Shown here one piece after another: positions 38,349 to 48,096 of a stretch of DNA of 64,000 nucleotides; position 1 is the first letter of the stretch; the number at the start of each line of letters is the position of its first letter. The stretch lies in IMG/VR virus record IMGVR_UViG_3300027791_000011; one strand, written 5' to 3'. The notes beneath the pieces are model-generated. The model worked only from the letters and a program-made list of their open reading frames with translations. It had not been told where the DNA came from and ran no database searches. The stretch comes from an uncultured virus (IMG/VR IMGVR_UViG_3300027791_000011) (lineage: Duplodnaviria > Heunggongvirae > Uroviricota > Caudoviricetes). Both the position numbers and the translations under genes were made by a program.

Positions 38349-39452
38349 CTAAGACCAGTTGCCTAAGTCTAATTCTAAATCATCAACGTCAAAATTGCCT
38401 GATGAAGCCCTTACGCCTTTACCTGCAGTTTTTATTTTATCTTTATTTGTCTTTAATCTAGATCTTAAGCTTTTAGCGGCTTGAGTCTTAGCTTTCTTTT
38501 GTACAATAGATGTTAAATCAAAACCTTTGAATAACAAATAGTCTATTGCTAATTTCGTTTCTACGTCTGCGTCTGCATACATACTATCTCTTTTAGTTTC
38601 TCCTTGCGGATTAATAGGTTTAGATAAGAAATCAAAAAAATCTGATTTGTCTCTTTCCTGTATTGAGATACCTTTAAATTCTTTATTTTCAGATATCGTG
38701 CCTTTTACTCCATCCCAAAATTCTTTTTGGTTTTTTTCTGATTCACGATTTTCAACAGCTTGCTCCTCTAGTTGTTTTGTCTTAACATCTTTTTGATATT
38801 TAACTAAAGCAACTTTAGCTTTTTGTGCTTTCTCAAATAATTTATCTGAGTCTGCATAGTCTGATATTAGATCAGTTATAAATTCTTGTTCATGCCCTTT
38901 TATCTTTAAGTATTCTGCCATTACAGCTTGTTGAGAAGTTACATCATTAATATCTACTTTAAAATCTGCTAGATCTTTAATAGCGTTATTGCCCATTAAA
39001 AATTGTCTAGAATCTCCTCCGTTCATAACATATTCTAAATGCTCTTTTACGTCTGGGTGAGTTTGAAACAATTTATCTAATTGGCTTTCTGCTACTTTAG
39101 TTGCCAACTCTTTAGTCATATTAGTTAAGCCTTCTGGAGTATCATCATACTCATTCTCTAACTCAAACCCAAAAGTTGTAGCTATCTCAGATACTAATGT
39201 ATCCTCTACAGTTTCTATTTCAGGTTCTACGTCTTTCTTTTTCTTTTCTAAAACAACTTCTTCCTTTACTTCTTCAACTTCTTCTACTTTTTCTGTTAGC
39301 TCTAGAATGTCTTCATCTAATGTTACATCTTCGAGTTTAGCTTCTGTTACTTCTTCTTGGGCGGACTCTTCAACCGCCTCTGGGATACCATCACCTATTA
39401 CATCTTCAAAGGTAATGTCCTCTAGTTTAATTTTATTATCTGTGTTATCCAT
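38349..39452 (-). CDS. Acidic scaffold-like protein upstream of the MCP
   Basis: Very Glu/Asp-rich N-terminus, helical, directly precedes the MCP. Confidence 0.6.
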   Translation of the reverse strand: MDNTDNKIKLEDITFEDVIGDGIPEAVEESAQEEVTEAKLEDVTLDEDILELTEKVEEVEEVKEEVVLEKKKKDVEPEIETVEDTLVSEIATTFGFELENEYDDTPEGLTNMTKELATKVAESQLDKLFQTHPDVKEHLEYVMNGGDSRQFLMGNNAIKDLADFKVDINDVTSQQAVMAEYLKIKGHEQEFITDLISDYADSDKLFEKAQKAKVALVKYQKDVKTKQLEEQAVENRESEKNQKEFWDGVKGTISENKEFKGISIQERDKSDFFDFLSKPINPQGETKRDSMYADADVETKLAIDYLLFKGFDLTSIVQKKAKTQAAKSLRSRLKTNKDKIKTAGKGVRASSGNFDVDDLELDLGNWS

Positions 39453-39471
39453 AGTTTAGTTATATTTAATT

Positions 39472-39547
39472 TACAAATTTAGTTAAAATTTAGTTAATAT
39501 TAAAGTGTTTTTTTACTTTTACTCTAGTCTTTATTATATACCACTTT
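39472..39547 (-). promoter_or_regulatory. Putative late promoter, copy 1 (scaffold/MCP operon)
   Basis: TAAATTTG -7 element plus upstream boxes with the same spacing as at 43198-43273. Confidence 0.6.
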
Positions 39548-40876
39548 TTATTTATTGTTTTTTACTGAATCTAGCTTCGTCTCAACATTTTTAATAGCTC
39601 TATCTAAAATTAATTTCTGCTGCTCATTTAATTTTGTTGCCTTATCATCCCTCTCTTTGATTAATTCATTATATTTTTTTTCTACCGCTTTAGCATATGC
39701 ATCAGTACCAGTACCATAATCCTTTATCATATTATATAAATGAGTCTTGTCACTAGCTTTGTGTTCTTCTATTTCTTTTCTATATCCTCCCTTTAACATT
39801 TCTATTCCTAAAATCTTATACTTTTCTCTATCTTCATCTGAATCGCCAAGAAATCCTTCACCTCCATATTCATATGTGTTTAGTATGTCTTCTTTATCTA
39901 ATCCGTCGTATTGCCCAGTTTCTTTATTATAGTACTTTACATAATCTCCTCCTCCATATTTAAGAAATAATTTAGATTGATCTACTAATTGTTTGTGGTA
40001 TTCAGTATCCATATTTTCTACATCATAAAATCTTCTTATACCCGGAGTAGTTATATTTTTAAGTAAATTTCCAGTCAACTGCACAGGACCATAGGCAGAC
40101 GATCCTGATTTTTTTGCTTTAGTTCTAATAAAAGAGTTATACCCTTCTTCATCTATTGATCCTCTATGTTCATGAGATTCAACTGCATTATATAATAAAT
40201 CAAAATCTACATCACTAATATCAGTATCACTAACGTTATAGCTACCTCTTGTGAATTTATAATCTGGATCAACCACCCCACTTTCTGTGTCTCCTTGTTT
40301 TTTAGGAAATCCTTCTTGCATGTTTGAATAAGCCTTAGTGCTAATTGTACTATCCTTTTTAGAATTAGAAGTTCCTGATTTTTTCTTATGATTTATATTA
40401 TGATATAATCCTCCTGCATGATATTCTTTCATAGATCTCCCTTCAACCATAGAAGGTATTAAAGTATCTAACTGACTTTTTATTTCTTCTCTTTTAATTG
40501 GCACACCCCCATATGTTAGCATAGGTGTTTCTTCTACTTCACTAGAAGTATCTACTATAAACTTTTCTTCTCCTGGAAATAATATTCCTTGATAATTTCC
40601 ATCTGCAGTAACTTTAACAGGGTGATCTTGTCTACCTTCTAGCGAGTGGGCTTCTAAAGTATCAAAATTTAATTTAGCAGATGACCCATAAGGCGCACCT
40701 TCTAATCCTTTTTGTATTTCTTTTTTTGAATTTGCTTCTGTGTGATTGTCTGCACTAGAAGTGTGACTTTTAAATAAGTCTATGTAGCTCCCAGTGTATC
40801 CAGAAGATTTAGCTTGTTTTAATAATTCTAGTCTAGTTTTATTATTCACCTGTATTATTAGAGTTTCTGTCTGCAC
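39548..40876 (-). CDS. Mosaic virion protein with C-terminal lysozyme-like/lytic transglycosylase domain
   Basis: AVESHE...SSAYGPVQLT...YGTG..AYAKAV and xxGG motifs. True start may be GTG 40849, overlapping the portal stop. Confidence 0.6.
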   Translation of the reverse strand: MQTETLIIQVNNKTRLELLKQAKSSGYTGSYIDLFKSHTSSADNHTEANSKKEIQKGLEGAPYGSSAKLNFDTLEAHSLEGRQDHPVKVTADGNYQGILFPGEEKFIVDTSSEVEETPMLTYGGVPIKREEIKSQLDTLIPSMVEGRSMKEYHAGGLYHNINHKKKSGTSNSKKDSTISTKAYSNMQEGFPKKQGDTESGVVDPDYKFTRGSYNVSDTDISDVDFDLLYNAVESHEHRGSIDEEGYNSFIRTKAKKSGSSAYGPVQLTGNLLKNITTPGIRRFYDVENMDTEYHKQLVDQSKLFLKYGGGDYVKYYNKETGQYDGLDKEDILNTYEYGGEGFLGDSDEDREKYKILGIEMLKGGYRKEIEEHKASDKTHLYNMIKDYGTGTDAYAKAVEKKYNELIKERDDKATKLNEQQKLILDRAIKNVETKLDSVKNNK

Positions 40877-43172
40877 TAGCTTTTCTTTCTTCTGATTTTA
40901 TTTTCATAACATCTATAGATTCATCAGCTCTATTAGACCTTACATCTTCTTTTTGGCCTTTATCTTTTATAAATACGTCTTGCTTTCTAATTTCTAACTC
41001 TTTCTCTTTAACTTGTATTTCTCTATCCTTAATTGCTTTGTTAGAAATTATTTTTTCCATCTCTATTTCAGATTTATCTGACCCTTCTGCTGAAATCAAA
41101 GCTTTTTCAATTTCAACTTGCCTGTCTTTCTCTTTATTCATATTCTCATTCTCCAACTTCATTTGCTCCATTTGTAATTTTCTCTCTTCCATTTCAGCTT
41201 GAGCTTCTTGTTGGGCTTGGCCTAGTTTTTCCATATGAGCTTCAGCTTCTTTAATTTTAGATTTAACTTGAGTGAAACTATCAGAATCTATAGCTTCAGC
41301 AACTATAGAAGCAGGAACTCCGTTTTGAATCATAGACTGAGCTAATGATTCTACTTTTAATTTCTTTTCTAAATCAGCGCCTCCGTCACTTACAAATACT
41401 CCATATTCTGATTCCATGTGAGATAAAGCATCTACAGATAAAAACTCTGATGTTCCGTCAGGCATAACATACATAGTTTTCTTTCCATTAATCCAAGCTT
41501 CTTTAGAATAATCTAATATAGCTTGTAAGTCTCTTTTTTCTAAAGAAGAATATTTTTTAAATAAATCTTCTGTAATATGAGAGGATTGCATAATTGCTTG
41601 TTGTGATGTTGCCTTACCTTCATAACTTCCTACTTGGCCTTGTCTTTGTCTATTAACTCCAGAAACTCTTTCCCATTCTAATACTATAGATTCTAATAAT
41701 ACAATATATTGTTCTATAGTTTTAATAGATAAATCTAATACAGATTGATGTTGAGGTGATAGTTGTATTCCTTCTTTATTGTAATCTACCCAGGCAATAC
41801 CTGTAGCATCTACATAGTACATAAACTTATCCATGTCCCATTTTTTAGGAATCATGTTAATATCAAACTGAGCTATAATATCTTTTGATTTAGAAATAGC
41901 TACTTCTAATCTATATTTAAAAATATTATAATTTAATTGGTAAGGGATTCCCAGAGACACTAAGGATATGTTTTTAGAATTATAGTCAGAGTACCTCCTA
42001 CCATTGATAGGTAATTTACATTTAGAGGGATTATCCATGGACGTTCTCTGGTTTAATACGGGTTTCAAACCTACGTATATATCCTTACCAATTTTTGTTC
42101 CTTCCCAAACTTCATTTGTCCACTCCCACCTTAAAGTTGCTTCAGCCTCTTGTTCTAATCCTTCAGGCATTTCAAATCCATCTGGTACTATTTGTTCTTC
42201 TTCTTGACCTGTCATTGGATCCATATAAGTTAAGAACCCTAGTCTTTTTCTTGACTTCCAATATACAGTTATAACTTCTATTAGTCTAGATTCATTTCTT
42301 CCATCACGTTGTTGTCTATTACTCCAAATAGAACTTTCTGTATCATATATAGTTGAATCTTCTAACTGAGATGTTTCTGCGCTTGTTAATTCATCATGGT
42401 AGAAATCAACAATAGTTGACGCGTGTGCAAATTTTCTAACAGAAGCCCAATCTCCATCTTCTACAAATTCTAAATCTGGATCAAGATCATAATCTACATC
42501 TAATGGATTTAAAATTTCATAAAACACTTCGTCTCCTCTAACTCCTCTATGTGTATATACTTCGCCTGCTACTAAAAAATTAAACCAACCTTTCCTAAAC
42601 TTATCGTGAACTTCTTCTGCTTGTACAAGAAAGTTTAAAGATTGCTGACCTTTAGTGGCCCTCATATCTACATATGAATTATTAAATTCTTTTACTATAT
42701 GTTCTGGTAATGGTATTTGTTCTGGATCTTCAATAGGCATTCCTTCCATCTGACCTACAGCTTGCATTTTAGATATGAACTGTTGATGCAAAGATTTCAT
42801 AATTTTTTGTTTCTTTTCTTCTTCTCTTTGATCTACAGCATCAGAGTTAGTTACTATAACAGAGAAATTAAAAGGTCTTTTAGATTTTTCTCCTAACAAC
42901 AAATCAATAACTGGTTTTATTATTGGATAGTTTCTAAGCCTTGAAGGAAAGTTTTTTCTTGATTTACCATAAGGTTTAAGAACATAGTTGTAATCATGCT
43001 CATCTATCTCTCCATTATAGAAATCAAATAATCTTTTTAAATCGCCTCGCCTATTACTGACACTGTACGTAGTACCGTCTGTAAGGCCTATAAAAGCTTC
43101 CACACATTTTTTAGCCCACTTCTTAGTTTTCTGTGCGCTTTTTAATTTTTGTTTTGGTATTTCTTGATTCAT
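40842..43172 (-). CDS. Portal protein
   Basis: 776 aa. NYPIIKPVIDLLLGE, WEWTNEVWEG and SGVNRQRQG motifs with a C-terminal coiled coil; downstream of TerL. Confidence 0.9.
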   Translation of the reverse strand: MNQEIPKQKLKSAQKTKKWAKKCVEAFIGLTDGTTYSVSNRRGDLKRLFDFYNGEIDEHDYNYVLKPYGKSRKNFPSRLRNYPIIKPVIDLLLGEKSKRPFNFSVIVTNSDAVDQREEEKKQKIMKSLHQQFISKMQAVGQMEGMPIEDPEQIPLPEHIVKEFNNSYVDMRATKGQQSLNFLVQAEEVHDKFRKGWFNFLVAGEVYTHRGVRGDEVFYEILNPLDVDYDLDPDLEFVEDGDWASVRKFAHASTIVDFYHDELTSAETSQLEDSTIYDTESSIWSNRQQRDGRNESRLIEVITVYWKSRKRLGFLTYMDPMTGQEEEQIVPDGFEMPEGLEQEAEATLRWEWTNEVWEGTKIGKDIYVGLKPVLNQRTSMDNPSKCKLPINGRRYSDYNSKNISLVSLGIPYQLNYNIFKYRLEVAISKSKDIIAQFDINMIPKKWDMDKFMYYVDATGIAWVDYNKEGIQLSPQHQSVLDLSIKTIEQYIVLLESIVLEWERVSGVNRQRQGQVGSYEGKATSQQAIMQSSHITEDLFKKYSSLEKRDLQAILDYSKEAWINGKKTMYVMPDGTSEFLSVDALSHMESEYGVFVSDGGADLEKKLKVESLAQSMIQNGVPASIVAEAIDSDSFTQVKSKIKEAEAHMEKLGQAQQEAQAEMEERKLQMEQMKLENENMNKEKDRQVEIEKALISAEGSDKSEIEMEKIISNKAIKDREIQVKEKELEIRKQDVFIKDKGQKEDVRSNRADESIDVMKIKSEERKASADRNSNNTGE

Positions 43173-43197
43173 CCGCTCTGACTGGTTTCAATTAACT

Positions 43198-43273
43198 TAC
43201 AAATATAATACTTTATCTTGACATCTCATAGTGATTTTAAATTTTTGGTGTGCACATTATTAATATAACACTT
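43198..43273 (-). promoter_or_regulatory. Putative late promoter, copy 2 (portal)
   Basis: TATATTTG -7 element plus boxes aligning with 39472-39547. Confidence 0.6.
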
Positions 43274-43604
43274 ATAAATAATTACATATGTCGTATAAAC
43301 TGTATTTTAAAGTTAACTCTTCTCCCTGTTCTATTTTTTTTATTGTTTTTAATTTTTTATAATCACTATCATCATCTTCAATTAACTCGCAATTTGCAGT
43401 TTCAGAATGATTAATAAATCCTCCTAATGGAGTTCTAATATAATCGTGTTGAAAATTTGGATCATAAACATGACTAATACCTATAACTACCTCTCCCGGA
43501 ATATCTTCTTTGGCTAGAATCCCTGCTCCGTGAATTTCTGACGGACCTATCGCTAAGTATTCTGGTAGAGGGTTATAAGGTTCTTTTTCTTTACATTTTT
43601 TCAT
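43272..43604 (-). CDS. SET-domain protein (putative protein-lysine methyltransferase)
   Basis: SEIHGAGILA (motif I), GGFINHS..ANC (NHS) and IEQGEELTLKY (ELxxxY). Confidence 0.9.
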   Translation of the reverse strand: MKKCKEKEPYNPLPEYLAIGPSEIHGAGILAKEDIPGEVVIGISHVYDPNFQHDYIRTPLGGFINHSETANCELIEDDDSDYKKLKTIKKIEQGEELTLKYSLYDICNYL

Positions 43605-45578
43605 TTAATAGTGATTTTGATCAAACCAATCATTGGCAGAATTATCTTCTAAAACTTCTTTTACTTCTGCATTATAAAGTTCTCTCGTATGATACATTCC
43701 TATCATCAATGACATAACTCTATCAAAGTTGCCTTTATGGTTAAATTTTATTAATTCTGTTATAAGAGCCGGATCATTTATAGTGTGTAGATTTAAATAT
43801 GTATTACCCTCAGCATCTTGACTTCTAGGTGTAATTAACCAATCTCTTATATAAAGCTCTCCTTGACGTTTCCGTGCTTCTGTCATATGCATTCCATATT
43901 GTCGTCGTACTTTTCTAGATTGCAATTCTCTTTTATCTAGCATTTCAAACTCTTCTTGTAGTCTGTGTAACTTTCTATGTCTTTTTGCATAAGCAATTAC
44001 TTCTCCTCGATCATTCTCAAACCCAATTTTACATCCATAATAATCTGCTAGCATAAACATATTTCTATTAAATTCATCTGATGTAGATGGCCTCCCTACA
44101 TAAGAAGCTACTATCATATCATCAGGAGTGGATATATTGTTTGGTCGTTTTATAATAAATACACTACCTAAAGATTTAGAATCTGCTGACTGACTTTGTC
44201 CATAAGGATCATGACAAGCTACGTATAAATTAATAGGTACTTGTTGTTTAGCGTTTTTATATGGAGACTCCCAAATTACAACACATCCTGAATTGTCATC
44301 ATCTTTTTTATGTGGAAATTTATGAACTGGCTTTAAGTTGGGATTAGGTTTAAATTTTATTTTTGAACTCTCTCCATAATATAATTCTCCTGCTATGCCT
44401 AAAGAATCTAAATTGTGTACTTGAATTTTATTATATTGTTCTTTTAAACTAGCTATATCAAATAAATTTGCACTTACTTGTAGTGTAGCTTCATTAGGTG
44501 AGTAAGGATGCTCAGCTATGTATTGGTCTAATGCTTTTGGATCAGAACTGCCTTTCTTCTTTTCTCTTTCTGATTCTTGGAAGACTCTAGATTCTGCTTC
44601 TAAAGAATTCCCATCATCATCCATAAAACCATCTAAGTTTTCATATATTGGAATAAAATAACCACACGTAGTTCCCATAGCTCCTTCATCCCACACATTC
44701 TCATAGTCCATACAATCATATGCTGCTGGATTATAAAATATTTCTTCCATAGCTTCAAAGTCATTTCCTTCAGTACCTCCTGTACCAAAAGCTACCATAG
44801 TACCTAGTGTTTTGTTTCCCTGTCTCATTGTTGGCATGGTTACTTCCCAAGCTTTTAATAATCCTGGGAACGACCCTGCCTCTTCAAAAAATACTAGCTC
44901 TCCCGCTTTACCCCTTACTTTATCTGGAGCATCTTTTAATGATACTCCCATTATTTGAGATTTCATACCTAACTCTACTTCAACACCATTAACTTTCTTT
45001 TTATACCCAGACATTTTACTCATCTCTCTATCTCGCAACCGTGGTTGAGCCCAAGCTGTGTTATCATCTATAAATGATAAAAATTCCCACGCTTTAGATA
45101 AAAGACCATCTCCAATTAAATATTCTTTCTGTCCTGCAAATACAAAGTTCTTAGAGTTTCTTACATGGAAATAATTACGAGCAAGCATAGACCCTGCTTT
45201 ATAAGAGTATCCCTTACGCCTTGCTTTTAATACAATCATATGTCTATCACTTTTTCTAGCTTTATTTATTTCATGAAAGTATTTATAATCTCCGTCGTAA
45301 AAGGATGGGAAGGTTCTATCACGTTTTGCTTGCATAGTTCCATCTGGTAATAGTACATCTACAGCCCTATCAATAGGACAATAATTTAAATAAAAATAAT
45401 GAAAGCCAGTAAGATAAATACCATCAACTGTGTGTCCATGTAAACATCTATTTCTTTCTCTGTCCCAAAATTCATAATAATCTTTAGTTCCAGGTAAAGC
45501 TGTAGTATATACTTTATGTTCTTTAAAGTAGTTTGCTGCTTTACTAAACTTAGAAGTATCTTTAAATTTCTTCTCCAA
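43605..45578 (-). CDS. terL: Terminase large subunit
   Basis: LKARRKGYS Walker A, FFEEAG Walker B, GTGG, and nuclease motifs HDPY...DRVMSL. Confidence 0.92.
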   Translation of the reverse strand: MEKKFKDTSKFSKAANYFKEHKVYTTALPGTKDYYEFWDRERNRCLHGHTVDGIYLTGFHYFYLNYCPIDRAVDVLLPDGTMQAKRDRTFPSFYDGDYKYFHEINKARKSDRHMIVLKARRKGYSYKAGSMLARNYFHVRNSKNFVFAGQKEYLIGDGLLSKAWEFLSFIDDNTAWAQPRLRDREMSKMSGYKKKVNGVEVELGMKSQIMGVSLKDAPDKVRGKAGELVFFEEAGSFPGLLKAWEVTMPTMRQGNKTLGTMVAFGTGGTEGNDFEAMEEIFYNPAAYDCMDYENVWDEGAMGTTCGYFIPIYENLDGFMDDDGNSLEAESRVFQESEREKKKGSSDPKALDQYIAEHPYSPNEATLQVSANLFDIASLKEQYNKIQVHNLDSLGIAGELYYGESSKIKFKPNPNLKPVHKFPHKKDDDNSGCVVIWESPYKNAKQQVPINLYVACHDPYGQSQSADSKSLGSVFIIKRPNNISTPDDMIVASYVGRPSTSDEFNRNMFMLADYYGCKIGFENDRGEVIAYAKRHRKLHRLQEEFEMLDKRELQSRKVRRQYGMHMTEARKRQGELYIRDWLITPRSQDAEGNTYLNLHTINDPALITELIKFNHKGNFDRVMSLMIGMYHTRELYNAEVKEVLEDNSANDWFDQNHY

Positions 45579-45831
45579 TGCTATTCTTGATTTTCATTAA
45601 TTCACTACATTTTTCATATTCTTCTGTTGAGATAAAATGTTCTAATAACATATCTAGTATCATATCAGACTTACCATCATCTCCTTTTGGATTAAAAGGA
45701 AGAGCTACGTTACCCGCTCCTCTATCTAATGCGTCCATTAAGTTATCAAAAGACGTTCTATTTGTTACTAATAAATATGCGTTATTCATAGCTTGATTAA
45801 ATAGTTCAACATCATTTTCAAATTCTGCCAT
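45562..45831 (-). CDS. Small protein with C-terminal UVR-like motif
   Basis: EEYEKCSELMK resembles the UvrB/C EEYExAAxLRD motif. Confidence 0.55.
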   Translation of the reverse strand: MAEFENDVELFNQAMNNAYLLVTNRTSFDNLMDALDRGAGNVALPFNPKGDDGKSDMILDMLLEHFISTEEYEKCSELMKIKNSIGEEI

Positions 45832-46373
45832 TACTCATTATATTTATTTAATTCTACACCTCCTCGTGTACTTGCTTTTTCTTGTTCTTCTCTTTTAACT
45901 ATATCTTCTAATTTAGATAATCCTTGAACTACATCTCCTACTTTAGTTAAATTAACAACTAGATCTTTAGCTGAATATATAGGCTTACCATTATCATCTA
46001 ATATTGTTAAATCTATATCTTGGAAATAAGCTTCTAGTTTTTTAATAGAACTTCTAGCAGCTTTTAATAATAACACCGCATGAGTATCCATTAAATTTGT
46101 ATATCTGTCACATGCAGCTTTTACTACTTTATCAGCTTTCCATTTACCCTCTCCAAATATACTATCTATTACCCTTAATTCTTTTTGCTCTCCATCATAA
46201 ACTGCATATGGTGAATTATGATTACACATAAAATAAATATAAGCAAATTCTTTTAATGCTGTTTCTTTACCTGGATTTCTATCTCTCTTATGTATCTTCT
46301 TAAATTCTTGTATTATTAAGGCATAAGGAGAAGCAGATGCTAAATTATTATTTATTATTATCAGGTCTTGCAT
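45831..46373 (-). CDS. Conserved crAss-like protein upstream of TerL (terminase small subunit candidate)
   Basis: RDR..KE.A.KEFAYIYF...SPY motif, helical, and its position. The TerS role is an inference. Confidence 0.5.
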   Translation of the reverse strand: MQDLIIINNNLASASPYALIIQEFKKIHKRDRNPGKETALKEFAYIYFMCNHNSPYAVYDGEQKELRVIDSIFGEGKWKADKVVKAACDRYTNLMDTHAVLLLKAARSSIKKLEAYFQDIDLTILDDNGKPIYSAKDLVVNLTKVGDVVQGLSKLEDIVKREEQEKASTRGGVELNKYNE

Positions 46374-46554
46374 TTTCTAAAATTTTTAATAATTGTTTAT
46401 CTGTATACATTTTTTTAGCGCCTTTATATTTACTATATTCATCTGGATTAAATATCATTTTAACCTCAGTTAATTCATTCTTAACTTTTCTTATAGTCCA
46501 TCTTCTTCCTCTAAGAGATCTCTTTAAATTTTTTAATTGTAGTCTCAAACTCAT
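46348..46554 (-). CDS. Small basic hypothetical protein
   Basis: ORF downstream of a TATCTTTG promoter; overlaps the next gene. Confidence 0.55.
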   Translation of the reverse strand: MSLRLQLKNLKRSLRGRRWTIRKVKNELTEVKMIFNPDEYSKYKGAKKMYTDKQLLKILENARPDNNK

Positions 46555-46590
46555 AGCTCAAATTTTTTATGTGTGTTACCAGTTATTAGG

Positions 46591-46598
46591 CAAAGATA
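46591..46598 (-). promoter_or_regulatory. Bacteroidota -7 promoter element upstream of the terminase operon
   Basis: Intergenic CGTATCTTTGCC on the minus strand. Confidence 0.7.
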
Positions 46599-46665
46599 CG
46601 TATTTTCTTTTGTATAGATACGCCTTCTACAGTCTTTGTTATGTATGTTTAAGTAATGTAAGAAC

Positions 46666-46896
46666 TTAAATATTTTTAATATCTTTTTCATTTTTTAAAT
46701 TGTTTATATGTTTTATTCTGTTTTTATCCACTGTAAACTTTCCTAAATATGGTAAACGTATAGTATCAAAATCACCTCTCTTAATAATCTTAGCTGTAAA
46801 TTTAAATTGAGAGTTTACTATTTCTTCTACTTGTTTTATTGTTAATCCGTATTTATTTGCTAAGTGATAAATTATTTCTTCTCTATTTCTTTCCAT
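46666..46896 (-). CDS. HU/IHF-like DNA-binding protein
   Basis: EEIIYHLANKYGLTIKQVEEIV...DTIRLPYLGKFTV matches the HU/IHF N-terminal pattern. Confidence 0.75.
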   Translation of the reverse strand: MERNREEIIYHLANKYGLTIKQVEEIVNSQFKFTAKIIKRGDFDTIRLPYLGKFTVDKNRIKHINNLKNEKDIKNI

Positions 46897-47111
46897 TTAC
46901 CTTTTGGACAATTTGATGTTGCCCATGTAGCTTTAACAGGCATATAACACCCACACATTTTACATGTGGCTTTTTGTTGGTTTAAATGTTCACACGTTGA
47001 ACATGTTTCTATTCTTTCTTTATACTCGTCTTCATTTACGTTAGGTCTTCCTTCTTTAACATATTTGTAAACTTCAGACGAGAAGTTACTTATCAATTCA
47101 AATATCTTCAT
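46872..47111 (-). CDS. Small Cys-rich metal-binding protein (DUF6171-like)
   Basis: RIETCSTCEHL, CKMCGCYMPVKA and CPKGKW. Confidence 0.7.
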   Translation of the reverse strand: MKIFELISNFSSEVYKYVKEGRPNVNEDEYKERIETCSTCEHLNQQKATCKMCGCYMPVKATWATSNCPKGKWKEIEKK

Positions 47112-47244
47112 CTTTTTCTGTTATTAAGTCTAATAATTTTCCATTTATATTATATACTGCAACTATGATGTATGGCGATATAGTCCACATCTGTATTATG
47201 TAATTAGTATCTTCTGAATACTGTAACCGTAATCTCTCCTCCAT
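47098..47244 (-). CDS. Possible 48-aa hypothetical protein
   Basis: Read manually as MEERLRLQYSEDTNYIIQMWTISPYIIVAVYNINGKLLDLITEKDEDI; fills the gap between two genes. Confidence 0.35.
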   Translation of the reverse strand: MEERLRLQYSEDTNYIIQMWTISPYIIVAVYNINGKLLDLITEKDEDI

Positions 47245-47539
47245 CGTCTGCTTTTAATAATTTATTTAGTTTGTATATAGAACCTGTAGTGTGTATAGCT
47301 TCTTTATCTTTTAATCTTTTAATATAATTATTTAAAGTATTGTAATCTTTAATACCTAAAGCTATTGCTACATCCTTTTTATTTTCAATACTACATAAAT
47401 TTCCAGTTTCTTTTTGATCTTCTATAGTTATTAAAAGGGATAGTATTTGAAGCTCAGTCTTAGTTAGATTAAATACACCGTTCCAAAAGCTTATATATTT
47501 ATATGGACTGTTTAATGTTATTTTAATATTTTCACTCAT
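47204..47539 (-). CDS. Winged-helix (RepL/MarR-like) DNA-binding protein
   Basis: NLTKTELQILSLL...DVAIALGIKDYNTLNNYIKRLKDKEAI...YKLN. Confidence 0.65.
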   Translation of the reverse strand: MSENIKITLNSPYKYISFWNGVFNLTKTELQILSLLITIEDQKETGNLCSIENKKDVAIALGIKDYNTLNNYIKRLKDKEAIHTTGSIYKLNKLLKADDGGEITVTVFRRY

Positions 47540-47540
47540 T

Positions 47541-47795
47541 TTATTTCTTTAGTTTTCTTATTTCTATTTTAGCTTTACCATCATTAATTAGTATCTTAGC
47601 TTTAGTGGATTGTATGTTATACTTCTCTATATGCTCATCCATTCCGTACCTTGTACATAAATAAGATAAGAATACTTCTAGCTCATATGAAACTTCTTGA
47701 AATTTTTTACGTAATTCTAAAGTTTTAATAACTTCAATTTTTAAATCCTCATAATCTTTAAGACTAATAGTAACTGTTCCAGCTATAGTTTTCAT
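47541..47795 (-). CDS. Hypothetical protein
   Basis: ORF in operon with TVTISLKDYEDL start. Confidence 0.55.
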   Translation of the reverse strand: MKTIAGTVTISLKDYEDLKIEVIKTLELRKKFQEVSYELEVFLSYLCTRYGMDEHIEKYNIQSTKAKILINDGKAKIEIRKLKK

Positions 47796-48073
47796 TACAT
47801 TACTCCTAATACTAGATGTTCAGGAGCCATAACATAACTCTCTTCATCTATAATTACAATGTGTCCTTTTCCTGCTGGATCTAACATAACGGTATCACCC
47901 TTCTTAACCCATTGCACTTCTGGGCCAACTTCTAATACTTCTAGAATATTTGTTTTCATTGCTTCTTTAACGGAATCAGGCAGAATTATACCGCTCTCTG
48001 TTTCTTCTTTTCTTGGATCAGGCATTATTATCCAACTCCTAACAGGTTTAAATGTGAATTTTTTCTTTGTCAT
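47795..48073 (-). CDS. groES: GroES-like co-chaperonin (cpn10)
   Basis: FKP..., ETESGIILPDS mobile loop, VLEVGPEVQWVKKGDTV and terminal VLGVM. Confidence 0.85.
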   Translation of the reverse strand: MTKKKFTFKPVRSWIIMPDPRKEETESGIILPDSVKEAMKTNILEVLEVGPEVQWVKKGDTVMLDPAGKGHIVIIDEESYVMAPEHLVLGVM

Positions 48074-48096
48074 AGTTTATTATTAATTAGTTTATG

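Noticed and set aside
988..48086. Short plus-strand ORFs within the late arm, and minus-strand ORFs within the early arm
   Set aside because: They are antisense shadows of long, motif-bearing genes, without leaders or recognisable motifs.
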